A stretch of DNA of 64,000 nt, taken from contig JAVCBU010000003.1 of NCBI GenBank assembly GCA_037917685.1, forward strand, positions 1,941 through 65,940, read 5' to 3'. This stretch comes from Thermoproteota archaeon (GTDB lineage: Archaea > Korarchaeota > Korarchaeia > Korarchaeales > JAOZGB01). Position numbers and translations under genes: made by a program. Positions 17,859-27,664 of this stretch are shown in pieces. The notes beneath the pieces are model-generated. The model saw only the letters and a program-made list of their open reading frames with translations. It made no database searches and was not told where the DNA came from. How positions within the stretch are numbered: the first letter of the stretch is position 1; the number at the start of each line of letters is the position of its first letter.

Positions 17859-19925
17859 ATGGCTAAGCGTAAAGGGCGGCGTGTTAAGGGGCAAACCTAC
17901 ATATTTACGGTTCTCCTCGTTTCACTAATATTCATATCATCACTCCTAATACTCAGAAGCCAAATCCTTGAGATAGTACCCAAAGCCACATACAGCCACA
18001 TCCCAATCGTAGACACCGTTAAAAACTCCCTGGAGAGGGCTGTCTCAGCATCCCTCGCCACCTATTCGGAGCTCCTCTGGTACTCGGGGAACGGAACATT
18101 CTCCAGGGAGAGAGCAATTCAGTACATGGAGGACTGCTTCGACACCATCTTTTCATCACTGACATCTTACGGGGTTGAATTTGCGTATTTCAGCGATGAA
18201 GTTATTATTGATCCCAGGCTGCCACGGAGACGTATATCTGAAGGAGAAGTTTTCAAGGCATACTGGTATCACCCTACAAGTGTAACCGCGGCGGCGATCA
18301 GGTTCAACTTTAACCTGACAACCATAGGCCTTTACAACTATGCTTTCAACGTTTTCGGACAAGCCTTCTACATGTTAAAGGTTGAGATCATAAGGTCCGG
18401 TATGGGTAAGCTTCGCCTTAAAGTTTTAAGGGAAGGAAACACACCTGTTCTCGGGCTGAACGAGAAGAACTTTAGAATATGGTACTTCGACGAAAGCAAG
18501 AGAATGTGGGTTGAAGGAACGGTAAGAATAGAGAACGTTTTCTCAGATGGAAGATACTACCTTAGGCATACCATTCTAGGTCCGAAGCTCGAAGACGGAA
18601 CAGTCCCCCTCCTGGTTATGGTTGAAGATATCAGGGGTATAAAGGTGGTTGCATTCTCCGTTAGAGGCTATGAATATTCAATACAACACTCTCAAACAGG
18701 ATCCCATGCCATCTACTCCGTAGAGGTCTTCAACGATGGAAAGTGGTACTTCATAGGGAGCGAAATAGCTTTTGAGGGTAGCGCAGAGCCGATGCCCCTG
18801 CCCCCCATACCAGGAAGACTTCTAAGAATAAACACCACAGATGGGAAGCCAATACCATTCCAGATAGAGGACTGGAGCTCCAACAACCTGTTCCCACTTG
18901 GGATAGCAAACCCTCACAACCACATAAACTACTACAATAGAATATGCTTCCCACTAAACTCAACAGTCTCAGGCGTTGATATTTGGTGGGTCGATGACAT
19001 GGACGCTGATCCACCCAGCTTTGTTACCGACCTCCACTGCATAGAGCAATCTCCAAACTCAAAATATTGGAACAGCAACTACTGGGCGCAAATAGTAGGA
19101 ACTGGGAGTTGGAGCGGGTGCACCCTTAACCCATTCCAGCTTAGACTTGCTAGAACCTCGTCAAGCAGCACCTACGAATATATAGAGTTCGCCAGAGCGA
19201 ATTACAAGGAAGCAGCAGCATGGGGATCCTATACTGATACAATAGTTGAAAACACCGCTAGGAATATGTTTCTAGTTGAATTAGAGTACCCGTATAGCAA
19301 CTGTCCCCCGCCCTACAATATACATGGAATACCAAACTCGCCAGATACCTACGTGCTCGTGATAGTTACGTTCCCAGCCTACACAAAATACATAACCTTC
19401 ACAGTTCACCTCATCCTTGACAGGGTAACCGAAAAGACGATTAGCGACTTTAGAGTAATATACCTCAAAACAGGATTCAAGAAGTTCGCGGCGGAGAATG
19501 GAACTCAAATAGTTACCAGGCTCCCGTCAGGCGAGAACTATGCTAAATTCTACAACGGATCTAGCAGCGGGGGAGGGGATCATAACTGGATAGTCCACTA
19601 CCATGAAAGGAAGAACCTTGGAATAGCACTAATGCTTACCGAGCAAAATCTGCAAGCGTTGTATAGCCAGAGCAATAAGGGTGGAATAGTGGTTGTTAGA
19701 TCTGGTAACAAATATATAATAGAGATGAAGCCTATAGATGGAAGCTACATACCTAAAACATCTCCAATATCATATCCGGCTGAGCCGCAGACGATAACGG
19801 TGATCACATGGTCAGGAATCCTCTGGGTGTACAATGGCAACGGGTATGGAGAGATAAACAACTATTCATTCATGGTTGAGAACCCTCCAGTAATAACTTC
19901 TGTAACAAGGTATATAGGTTCATAA
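17859..19925 (+). CDS. Large pilin-like extracellular protein, operon gene 5 of 5
   Basis: GGAGGTG SD followed by ATG 17859 (the track ORF starts at 17850). MAKRKGRRVKG/QTYIFTVLLVSLIFISSLLIL is a textbook KG/Q class III signal-peptide-like site. Sequons NGT, NLT, NTT, NST, NGS and NYS. Confidence 0.6.
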   Translation: MAKRKGRRVKGQTYIFTVLLVSLIFISSLLILRSQILEIVPKATYSHIPIVDTVKNSLERAVSASLATYSELLWYSGNGTFSRERAIQYMEDCFDTIFSSLTSYGVEFAYFSDEVIIDPRLPRRRISEGEVFKAYWYHPTSVTAAAIRFNFNLTTIGLYNYAFNVFGQAFYMLKVEIIRSGMGKLRLKVLREGNTPVLGLNEKNFRIWYFDESKRMWVEGTVRIENVFSDGRYYLRHTILGPKLEDGTVPLLVMVEDIRGIKVVAFSVRGYEYSIQHSQTGSHAIYSVEVFNDGKWYFIGSEIAFEGSAEPMPLPPIPGRLLRINTTDGKPIPFQIEDWSSNNLFPLGIANPHNHINYYNRICFPLNSTVSGVDIWWVDDMDADPPSFVTDLHCIEQSPNSKYWNSNYWAQIVGTGSWSGCTLNPFQLRLARTSSSSTYEYIEFARANYKEAAAWGSYTDTIVENTARNMFLVELEYPYSNCPPPYNIHGIPNSPDTYVLVIVTFPAYTKYITFTVHLILDRVTEKTISDFRVIYLKTGFKKFAAENGTQIVTRLPSGENYAKFYNGSSSGGGDHNWIVHYHERKNLGIALMLTEQNLQALYSQSNKGGIVVVRSGNKYIIEMKPIDGSYIPKTSPISYPAEPQTITVITWSGILWVYNGNGYGEINNYSFMVENPPVITSVTRYIGS

Positions 19926-19936
19926 GGCTTCATGGT

Positions 19937-20878
19937 TTAGCATAGCCTGTGGTATAGCATCCAGCCAACTGCCTCGCTATCCAAGGGTTCCACGTCCCTC
20001 CTGCCATCCAGATACTTCTCGTCAAGCATCCTCTTCCTATTGAGAGACTCAAGCGCAAGTCTTACCATGTTTTCCTCCGAGCTGGGTGAGACTTTAAATT
20101 CCACCTCGGATGTTGAAGCGTAGTATGGGCTAACGACAAGTAGTATGCAGCCATACTCCACTTTGACATCCAGCCCTATCCTCCTGAAAGCCTGGGTGTA
20201 ATATGTTGCAAGTGCCGACAACGCCGAAGACTCCATAGAGGTTGCAAGGGCACCCATATATTCGAAAGACCTCTGCTTAAGCCTCTGCAGCTCAGGTATT
20301 GTTGACCTGTTGTTAGGGCTTTCATCAGCATACAGCGCGTCCTTACATATCCCAGGCCCTATCCAAACCCTATCCCTAAATCCATGGTGGTATGCGGTTT
20401 CAATAAGAACGAGACTCATAAGATCGCTATTTACGATCGGGAAGGCCGGGTGGGCGATCTTATGACTCACACCGTCGTCTCTAACAACACCCCTCTCTAT
20501 GACAAGATCGTTGGGCTTAACATGAGGCTGCCAGCTCCCACAGGTTCCAGCCCTGACAACAGAGACTCTTCTAAACCTTTTAAAGTCGATGTTAAGAAGA
20601 ACCTCGGTGAAAACTATCTCGGCTGAGGAAGGCCCGATTCCCGTGGTAAAAACAGTTATAGGGGTATCCCTGTAGTAACCGTTCACCACTAGAAGGCCTC
20701 TCCTTCTACTTGCGATTCTAGCATCACTAAGCATCCCTCTAGCCATCTCTACACGTTCAGGGCTTCCACAAGTAAGTAGATAACCATTTAGCTCCCCTCT
20801 CCTGGCTCTTACATGATATGAGTATCCCTCAGGATCCCTGAAAACGTCGTATCGATTATAAAACTCTTCAAGGGGCAT
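19937..20878 (-). CDS. PNP/UDP-family nucleoside phosphorylase-like protein with a C-terminal extension
   Basis: Motifs TCGSPERVEMA, FTTGIGPSSAEIVFTEVL, VRAGTCGS and TSMESSAL. Confidence 0.65.
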   Translation of the reverse strand: MPLEEFYNRYDVFRDPEGYSYHVRARRGELNGYLLTCGSPERVEMARGMLSDARIASRRRGLLVVNGYYRDTPITVFTTGIGPSSAEIVFTEVLLNIDFKRFRRVSVVRAGTCGSWQPHVKPNDLVIERGVVRDDGVSHKIAHPAFPIVNSDLMSLVLIETAYHHGFRDRVWIGPGICKDALYADESPNNRSTIPELQRLKQRSFEYMGALATSMESSALSALATYYTQAFRRIGLDVKVEYGCILLVVSPYYASTSEVEFKVSPSSEENMVRLALESLNRKRMLDEKYLDGRRDVEPLDSEAVGWMLYHRLC

Positions 20879-20888
20879 GATGAGTCAC

Positions 20889-22139
20889 CTATACACCGTA
20901 AATTACGGGTTTAAGCCCGAGAATGTCACATACAGTCCTAAGAGCTTTCCTATGGTCGCCATATGCAAGGGCAAGATGGTTGCCGACACTGTTTTCAAGA
21001 AACCAGCCAACCCCGGAGTCAAGCCTAACCTCAGCTTGGACCCGGCACATATTCTTGAACTTCATGTTACTCCTAACTATCTCCCCTGTAACAGCAAACA
21101 TAGAGTCAAGCTTCCTCCCCCCTATCCTAGCCAGCGTAACCCTTCCCTGTTCCACACGGCCGCGTACAGCCACACCGAGGCCTGATTCATAGTGTGTCTG
21201 GAGCTCTATATCAGAGAGCATTGCAAGAGGCGCAGTGCAATGTGCAAGGGTTAGTACATCCTCTCCACTTATTCTTACGGGATTCGCCATCCACACCGGT
21301 CCTCCGGCTAACGTGGATAGAAGCTTCATTGTTAATAGCATGTTAACATCTCCCTCACAACTGGCAATGATATCTTCACTATTCATGATGGCAAGGGGGA
21401 GACAGGCCGTAATGCCAACCAGCCCTATAGGGTCGAAGCACTTAATAGTTACCCCGCTGAAATCTCCACCATCAATAATCCCCTTAAGTGCAAGATACAT
21501 CCTTAGTGAGTCAATAAGGGCTTTATCGTCGAAAGACAGCCCTCGAAACCTTTGATATAGTTTATGTTTCAACACAGACTCCTCATCTATCTTCTTATAC
21601 TCTTCTATCAGCCTTTCCATACTAACTGTTACAATCTCCGACCCTAGCCTTCCAAGACTTGTCGTGTCATCCGCCGAAGCGACGAGCCACGGCGATGGCC
21701 CTCCTACTGAGACAGCTCTAAACCCTTTGAGGCTCAGGCTCCCCCTGAAACCATTGTAAAAATCCGTCAGCAAGTCTGGCAGGTCGGAGGGCGACTCGTA
21801 GTAGACAAGCCTTGGCTTATAACCTTCCTCCATAAGCCTAGCCTTAGCTTCCAAAGCTGCGGCAAGACTGTTAGCATTTCCACATGTAGCAATAACAGAG
21901 TACCGTATCTTCCTGTAGGACCCCACTATGAGCTTCTCAGTACCTCCTGTGGCAACGTTGATAACAACAAAATCTTCACTGCCAACCTTAACATCCTCCG
22001 GTTTACAGGCTAAAACTCCGGAGCAGCTTTTGAACTGTTTACTGACACTTTCAAGCACTGCCTCATGGAGTGACTTCGCGTAAGCTTCTACTTCCCTTGA
22101 GAGAGCCGAATAAACAGTTAATATTGTTATGTGCTCCAT
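20889..22139 (-). CDS. Sugar isomerase of the L-fucose/L-arabinose isomerase-like family (tentative)
   Basis: About 416 aa. The C-terminal block LAHCTAPL...HYESGLGVAVRG...GNHLALAYGDHRKALRTVCDILGLKPV resembles the FucI/AraA C-terminal domain as I recall it. Confidence 0.5.
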   Translation of the reverse strand: MEHITILTVYSALSREVEAYAKSLHEAVLESVSKQFKSCSGVLACKPEDVKVGSEDFVVINVATGGTEKLIVGSYRKIRYSVIATCGNANSLAAALEAKARLMEEGYKPRLVYYESPSDLPDLLTDFYNGFRGSLSLKGFRAVSVGGPSPWLVASADDTTSLGRLGSEIVTVSMERLIEEYKKIDEESVLKHKLYQRFRGLSFDDKALIDSLRMYLALKGIIDGGDFSGVTIKCFDPIGLVGITACLPLAIMNSEDIIASCEGDVNMLLTMKLLSTLAGGPVWMANPVRISGEDVLTLAHCTAPLAMLSDIELQTHYESGLGVAVRGRVEQGRVTLARIGGRKLDSMFAVTGEIVRSNMKFKNMCRVQAEVRLDSGVGWFLENSVGNHLALAYGDHRKALRTVCDILGLKPVIYGV

Positions 22140-22141
22140 CG

Positions 22142-22699
22142 TTACACCATGTATCTCAAGCTAACCACAATATTATAAACTCCGATGAGAACATGTAGCG
22201 ACGACACACAAAGAGCCTTACCCCAGTTGAGGATGTAGTAATGCCTTGCAGCCGTGACAGTTAAAATCAGACTCCACACCGCTGAAAATACAACTACGAT
22301 CTTATACACTGGGAGGAGCCCCCATGGCACGGCAAGTATGAGCCTAGGGCCTGTTGACGCTGATGTAAACGTAAGCCAGCCTCTAAGCCCAGCCTCCCCA
22401 GCTATGACTCTAGCGATGAGCCATGAAAGCACCGACAGTACGATCCACGAGAGCAGCGAAATTAGCGGTCTCAACAGGAACCCCAGAATATAGGCTTTCA
22501 GATCCCATGTTTTAAGAACCCAGCCCACCCCGGGAATATAGGCCTCCGGCTGGAAAATAGATGTGATATAAGCTCCCATACTCCCAGCCACAGAGGTTAG
22601 GATGACGTAGAATGCCGGCGTTACCATGCCATGCTTCTCTTTAATCCTTTTGAATCCGCTATCCGGCCTAAACATAACCATAAGATAGTCCTTCAACAA
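22142..22699 (-). CDS. Polytopic membrane protein (Yip1-domain-like, tentative)
   Basis: 185 aa with about 5 hydrophobic helices. The N-terminal segment FRPDSGFKRIKEKHGMVTPAFYVILTSV resembles the start of a Yip1 domain. Confidence 0.4.
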   Translation of the reverse strand: MLKDYLMVMFRPDSGFKRIKEKHGMVTPAFYVILTSVAGSMGAYITSIFQPEAYIPGVGWVLKTWDLKAYILGFLLRPLISLLSWIVLSVLSWLIARVIAGEAGLRGWLTFTSASTGPRLILAVPWGLLPVYKIVVVFSAVWSLILTVTAARHYYILNWGKALCVSSLHVLIGVYNIVVSLRYMV

Positions 22700-22771
22700 G
22701 GCCGGAGACTACCAAACAAAATATAAGTATTACTTAAGGTATATTCAAGGAGACCGTACAGGTGAACAGTA

Positions 22772-23305
22772 ATGCTCGAATCTAAAGAGCTATCCCTAAC
22801 AGCTATCCTCACAGCCATCTATACGCTGGCATCCTACGTTCCCTTCATTCCTCTTCTCATAACACCCATGCTTATGAAAAGCGTAAATGTTAAAATACTC
22901 TTTGTGAGCGCTGTGATTGGTGACCTTATATCCTCAATCTACGCTTCGCCAAACATACCCCTTTCACTCATGCTCGCAGGCCTATCTGTGATTCAACAAT
23001 ACTCGACAATTATCAACCTTACAGAGAATCTCTCCGAGTCAAAGAAGCTTTTAAAACATCTGGTTATACTTTCACTGACCTTTGCAGCCGTAATCTACGC
23101 CTTCAAAGGAATATTCCTCTCAACCATAAGGCAAACCCTGGAGAATATGGGTGTAGAAATAATAGCAGAGGCAGTAGCCATAGTTGGAGGTGCTGTGGCA
23201 TCCCTTTTCCTTGGTGCAGTAACACTTATGATCCAGCTGGTAATACTGAAATATGTGGCTGGATCAATAGGCAAAATACTACCTCTATTCCAGAAAAGAG
23301 GTTAA
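22772..23305 (+). CDS. Small polytopic membrane protein; possible ECF S-component (weak)
   Basis: 177 aa with 5-6 predicted helices. It lies near the ECF A/T genes. No diagnostic motif was recognised. Confidence 0.3.
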   Translation: MLESKELSLTAILTAIYTLASYVPFIPLLITPMLMKSVNVKILFVSAVIGDLISSIYASPNIPLSLMLAGLSVIQQYSTIINLTENLSESKKLLKHLVILSLTFAAVIYAFKGIFLSTIRQTLENMGVEIIAEAVAIVGGAVASLFLGAVTLMIQLVILKYVAGSIGKILPLFQKRG

Positions 23306-23316
23306 GGAACGATACA

Positions 23317-24576
23317 TCAAGATTTTCTTACCCTAGATATTAAGGCCAGCGATATTAAGGCTACAAGGACCGCAGAGTAGCATCTCAAAACCTTGAATAA
23401 CACTCTATTTCTGATGAGAATAACTCCATACCTATATGTTTCACTCCACAAAGGCTCGATTTTATCTTCCCCAATCAATGCAGGGTCTAAGGCCGGGAAT
23501 AATATTAGGCCTTCCGAGTTCCTCGGCGGATCTAATCCTAGAAGGAAGCATGCGGTTGGGGCTAAGTCAATGATGGTTGCAGACTGAAGTCTAAATCCTT
23601 TCCTAAGGCCTGGCCCATACATAACTATTGGTACGCATAGAACATCACATAATGGGATAACATTGTGGTGCTTATTTCCCATCATACCATGATCGGAGGT
23701 GAGGAAAATAAGTGTCTCATTAAGGATTCCAGCCTGTTCGAGTTCGTTAACTATTCTGCCAAGCTGTCTATCCTGAAACTCTATGGCAGCCCTGTACTGT
23801 AGGCTGCTGTCACCGTATAGGTGGCCCATGCTGTCAGACTCAGCCATATGAACTGCAAGGAAAAATCTCTCATCATGGTATCTCTCTATGAATGCTATTG
23901 CATGATCCGCGGATTTGTCGGGGGATAACATGCCAACCTCAACCATGTCTCCTCCAACACCGATAACTGTGTTCCTGAGGAAATAGCCTCCGACAACCCC
24001 GATCCTGAACCCATGAGACTTCAATAGCTGCATTATGGTCTCAAACTTCATACAGGCAATCCTCATGATGTCGCCCTCATTTTCATGGACGCCGTGGACC
24101 TCCGGGCTTACACCAGTGAACAAGGACGTGTGTGCAGGGTACGTCACTGTTGGAAACACAGTGTAGAATGTTTCAGCAGATACTCCGTTTTCACCAAGCC
24201 ATCTTGCTGTAGTAACATTTGAACTCCAGAAGACATCCGCCCTTACACCGTCAAATGTAACTATAATTAGATTCTTCGCAGCCTGTACAGGCGTGACAGG
24301 TACCGGTGTGCTCCCTGCTCCGGCTTTGAAAGGCACTATTGGGATAATGGCTAAAACTACAACTACTATCAGTAGCGTTTTATCTATACGTCTTTTAATC
24401 AGGCTATACGTGGCGGATACCACTGCCAACACGAAACCTACAGCGGTTAGAGGTCCATCTACCCATGCTAGAAAGACATTTAGACGCCAGTACTTGCTAC
24501 GATCTCCAATCGTAAGGGTGCCCGCTGTTAGCAATACTGCGAGAATCACAAAGGCTATAAGCCGTCTCTTAGACAT
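23317..24576 (-). CDS. Membrane-anchored alkaline-phosphatase-superfamily enzyme (nucleotide pyrophosphatase/phosphodiesterase-like)
   Basis: Motifs IIVTFDGVRADVFW, TVFPTVTYPAHTSLFTGVSPEVHGV, ESDSMGHLYG and FLTSDHGM. TM helices are present at both termini. Confidence 0.7.
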   Translation of the reverse strand: MSKRRLIAFVILAVLLTAGTLTIGDRSKYWRLNVFLAWVDGPLTAVGFVLAVVSATYSLIKRRIDKTLLIVVVVLAIIPIVPFKAGAGSTPVPVTPVQAAKNLIIVTFDGVRADVFWSSNVTTARWLGENGVSAETFYTVFPTVTYPAHTSLFTGVSPEVHGVHENEGDIMRIACMKFETIMQLLKSHGFRIGVVGGYFLRNTVIGVGGDMVEVGMLSPDKSADHAIAFIERYHDERFFLAVHMAESDSMGHLYGDSSLQYRAAIEFQDRQLGRIVNELEQAGILNETLIFLTSDHGMMGNKHHNVIPLCDVLCVPIVMYGPGLRKGFRLQSATIIDLAPTACFLLGLDPPRNSEGLILFPALDPALIGEDKIEPLWSETYRYGVILIRNRVLFKVLRCYSAVLVALISLALISRVRKS

Positions 24577-24680
24577 TACATCCCACCTTACTGGGGTTAT
24601 CCATTAGCTTTATTATTATTTTAATAGTCCATTGCATGTATCAACCTTGAACAACGGTTCTCGGCTGAGAGTGATTGACA

Positions 24681-26405
24681 ATGGACTGGGCTGTACAGAT
24701 TCAAAATTTAACCTTTAAGTATCCTGGAGGGGAAAAACCCGTATTAGAAAACCTCAGCTTGAACATTGGAAGAAACGAGTTTGTGCTACTGGTTGGCCCG
24801 AGCGGCTGCGGTAAGACAACCCTTGTAAATTGTATTAACGGGATCATACCCCATGTAATAGAGGAAGAGATGGGTGGAAAGGTCATTGTTGAAGGGTTAG
24901 ACACCAGGGAAACTCCGCTGTCCGTTCTTTCGCAGCATGTGGGTACAGTGTTCCAGAACCCTGACGATCAAATATTCAACCTAACAGTGGAGGAGGAGGT
25001 TGCGTTCGGACCTGAGAACCTTGCACTCCCCACAGGCGAGATAAGAAAGCGTGTCGATGACGCACTTAGAAGTGTTGGGATAGAACATTTAAGAGACAGG
25101 GAGATAGCGACGCTCTCAGGTGGCCAGAAACAGAGGGTTGCGATAGCCTCGATTCTGGCGATGAAGCCTAAAATACTAATCCTTGATGAGCCTACCTCGG
25201 ACCTAGACCCCCTGGGTACTGACGAGGTGCTATCAGTCGTTAAAAGGATAAACAGAGAGTATAAGTCGACAATAATCCTAGTGGAACACAAGCTTGAGGA
25301 TGTGGCGAAATATGTTGACAGAGTATTACTGATGCACCAGGGGAGGATAATAGCAGACTCTGATCCAAGAAGCGTATTTGGAGACTTAGAACTCCTAAAT
25401 AAGCTTGGCGTGAGAGGGCCTGAGGTTGCTGAGGCCTCGGTGAAGCTTCAAGTTAAAGGTTTAAAGTACGATAGGGTTAAGACCCCGTTAACCGTAGACG
25501 AAGCTAGGGATCTCCTGGTTAAGAGTAGGGATTCATGGTCTGTAAGGCCGGATTTAAAACTTGAAGACGAAGAGGTAAAAGTTGGAGATCCAATTATAGA
25601 AGTGGAGGATTTATGGCATATATATCCAAATGGTGTAAAGGCGTTAAAAGGGATAAATCTAACCATCTATAAGGGGGAATATGTAGGAATAATTGGACAG
25701 AACGGTGCGGGGAAGTCAACCCTTGTCTCCCACTTCCTAGGCTTACTTAAACCCACCAAGGGAAGGGTGTTAGTGGCTGGAATAGATACCCGGGAAGCAT
25801 CTGTGGGGTTCCTCGCGAAAAAGGTGGGCTATATATTTCAGAATCCTGACTTCATGCTCTTCAACAATACGGTGTGGAGCGAGGTTGCGTTCGGCCTGAA
25901 AAATATAGGCTTACCTAAAGACGAAATAGAAGAAAGGGTTAGAGAAGCTATTGAAATAATGGAACTAGAGGGATTCGAGGATAGACATCCCCATGCGTTG
26001 AGCAGAGGGCAAAGACACCGTGTTGCTGTTGCCTCCGTTCTAGCAATGCACCCTGAAATACTAATAATGGATGAGCCGACGAACGGGCAGGACTACGGCC
26101 ATACTAGAATGTTTATGGAGCTGGCTGAAAGGCTAAACAGTCGAGGGACAACGATAATTGTGATCTCCCACGACATGAGGGTGATAGCAGAGTACACAAG
26201 GCGCACCATCGTCCTAAAGGATGGAGAGGTGTTCGCCGACGGCCCAACTAGAAGAGTGCTACCTATGGAGAAGCTTAGGGAAACAATGATTAAGCCGCCT
26301 GCTATAGTTGAGCTCTCACAATCCCTCACGAAATATGGGCTACCCCCAAACATCCTGACGGTAGACGAGTTTGTAAACTGTATTATGGTAGGTGGTAACC
26401 AATGA
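24681..26405 (+). CDS. ecfA: Fused tandem ABC ATPase of an ECF/CbiO-type transporter (EcfA1-EcfA2-like)
   Basis: Two Walker A motifs (GPSGCGKTT and GQNGAGKST). Two signature motifs (LSGGQKQRV and LSRGQRHRV). Two Walker B motifs (ILILDEPT and ILIMDEPT). Confidence 0.85.
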   Translation: MDWAVQIQNLTFKYPGGEKPVLENLSLNIGRNEFVLLVGPSGCGKTTLVNCINGIIPHVIEEEMGGKVIVEGLDTRETPLSVLSQHVGTVFQNPDDQIFNLTVEEEVAFGPENLALPTGEIRKRVDDALRSVGIEHLRDREIATLSGGQKQRVAIASILAMKPKILILDEPTSDLDPLGTDEVLSVVKRINREYKSTIILVEHKLEDVAKYVDRVLLMHQGRIIADSDPRSVFGDLELLNKLGVRGPEVAEASVKLQVKGLKYDRVKTPLTVDEARDLLVKSRDSWSVRPDLKLEDEEVKVGDPIIEVEDLWHIYPNGVKALKGINLTIYKGEYVGIIGQNGAGKSTLVSHFLGLLKPTKGRVLVAGIDTREASVGFLAKKVGYIFQNPDFMLFNNTVWSEVAFGLKNIGLPKDEIEERVREAIEIMELEGFEDRHPHALSRGQRHRVAVASVLAMHPEILIMDEPTNGQDYGHTRMFMELAERLNSRGTTIIVISHDMRVIAEYTRRTIVLKDGEVFADGPTRRVLPMEKLRETMIKPPAIVELSQSLTKYGLPPNILTVDEFVNCIMVGGNQ

Positions 26406-27481
26406 GATTATGGGAGAAAATTGCGACGGCTGCCATAGTTGCCGCGATAGCCCTGGTCACCCTCGCCCTGTGGGTTAAGGGAATACTCGTACAGTTCCTC
26501 TGGGTCATGGTAAACTTCACTGCATTCATGATTGGGCCGATAAGCATCATAGGACTCATAATGCTTAAATTGCTCGGGCTCAGAGGGATAAGAAGCGTAC
26601 TAACCTATGAGAAGAAGGACAGTCTGGTTCACAGAACAGACCCAAGGGTAAAGTTCCTATATGTCCTATGCGTCTCACTACTTTCAGCACTGCTAGGCTG
26701 GTATCCCCTACTTATAGGGCTGTCACTGGCAACCCTAATACCCTGGCTCTATGCTAGACCATCAAAGACACGTGCGAAGGCAGTACTATACCTCTGCATC
26801 CTCCCACTGTTTGGAATGGCATGGGGGCAAGGCCTATACTTCGGACTTGGCTTCGACTGGCCTGTCACCATAATATACAGAATCCCCCAGTTGAAATTTA
26901 ACCTGTCAGGGACGCACTCCTTCCCTGCAATGATAGGCCTCGAGAGAATAACTATTGAAGGCTTAAGATACGGTTTTCTCCAAGGCTTTAGAGTCGTAGC
27001 AGTAAACAGCGCGGCACTCCTCGTGCTGATAACCACCAGACCCTCAGATCTCGTATTCGGCCTAACAAAGATGTTCCTACCATACGAGATCGGGTTCATG
27101 GTTCTAACAGCTATAAGATTTATTCCCAAGTTCCTACATGACGCTGGAATAGTGCTAAACGCTGAAAAGGCAAGGGGGCTTGACATGTCGGTGAAGAAAA
27201 GCTACAATCCCGTAGTCCTAGCTGGGACGCTTGGCAGGGTAATAAGGGGCTTATCCTACGTAACGATCCCCGTTGTTATATCAGCCATGAGAAGTGGGAA
27301 AAACCTAGCTGTAGCCGCAGAAACAAGAGCATTTAGAGCAAAGTCTAAGAGGACATATCTCAGGGAAATCAAAATGAAAAGGACAGACAAGATCCTAAGC
27401 ATAATTCTCATAGCAATAATGATAGCTGGGGTAATACTATCATACCTAGGCTATGGAGCACCCCCGGGAGGTGTAACCTAA
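26402..27481 (+). CDS. ecfT: ECF transporter transmembrane (T) component, CbiQ/EcfT family
   Basis: ATGA overlap with ecfA. Polytopic. Contains NAEKARGLD, the conserved ARG-type coupling motif. Confidence 0.7.
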   Translation: MRLWEKIATAAIVAAIALVTLALWVKGILVQFLWVMVNFTAFMIGPISIIGLIMLKLLGLRGIRSVLTYEKKDSLVHRTDPRVKFLYVLCVSLLSALLGWYPLLIGLSLATLIPWLYARPSKTRAKAVLYLCILPLFGMAWGQGLYFGLGFDWPVTIIYRIPQLKFNLSGTHSFPAMIGLERITIEGLRYGFLQGFRVVAVNSAALLVLITTRPSDLVFGLTKMFLPYEIGFMVLTAIRFIPKFLHDAGIVLNAEKARGLDMSVKKSYNPVVLAGTLGRVIRGLSYVTIPVVISAMRSGKNLAVAAETRAFRAKSKRTYLREIKMKRTDKILSIILIAIMIAGVILSYLGYGAPPGGVT

Positions 27482-27664
27482 AAGACGAACGCTAAGCTTC
27501 CATCCTTTCTGTGCCTATCAACAATATATGATTGGGACGGCTTCTCTATGAGTCGTTCAAAGTCACAATGAGTAGTTTAAAGCCGGAACGGTAAGCTTTT
27601 AAGCATAAAACTGCTTGGCAACATTTAACAGAAATATCGGTAATCCATTTGGAGGTGTCAAATA

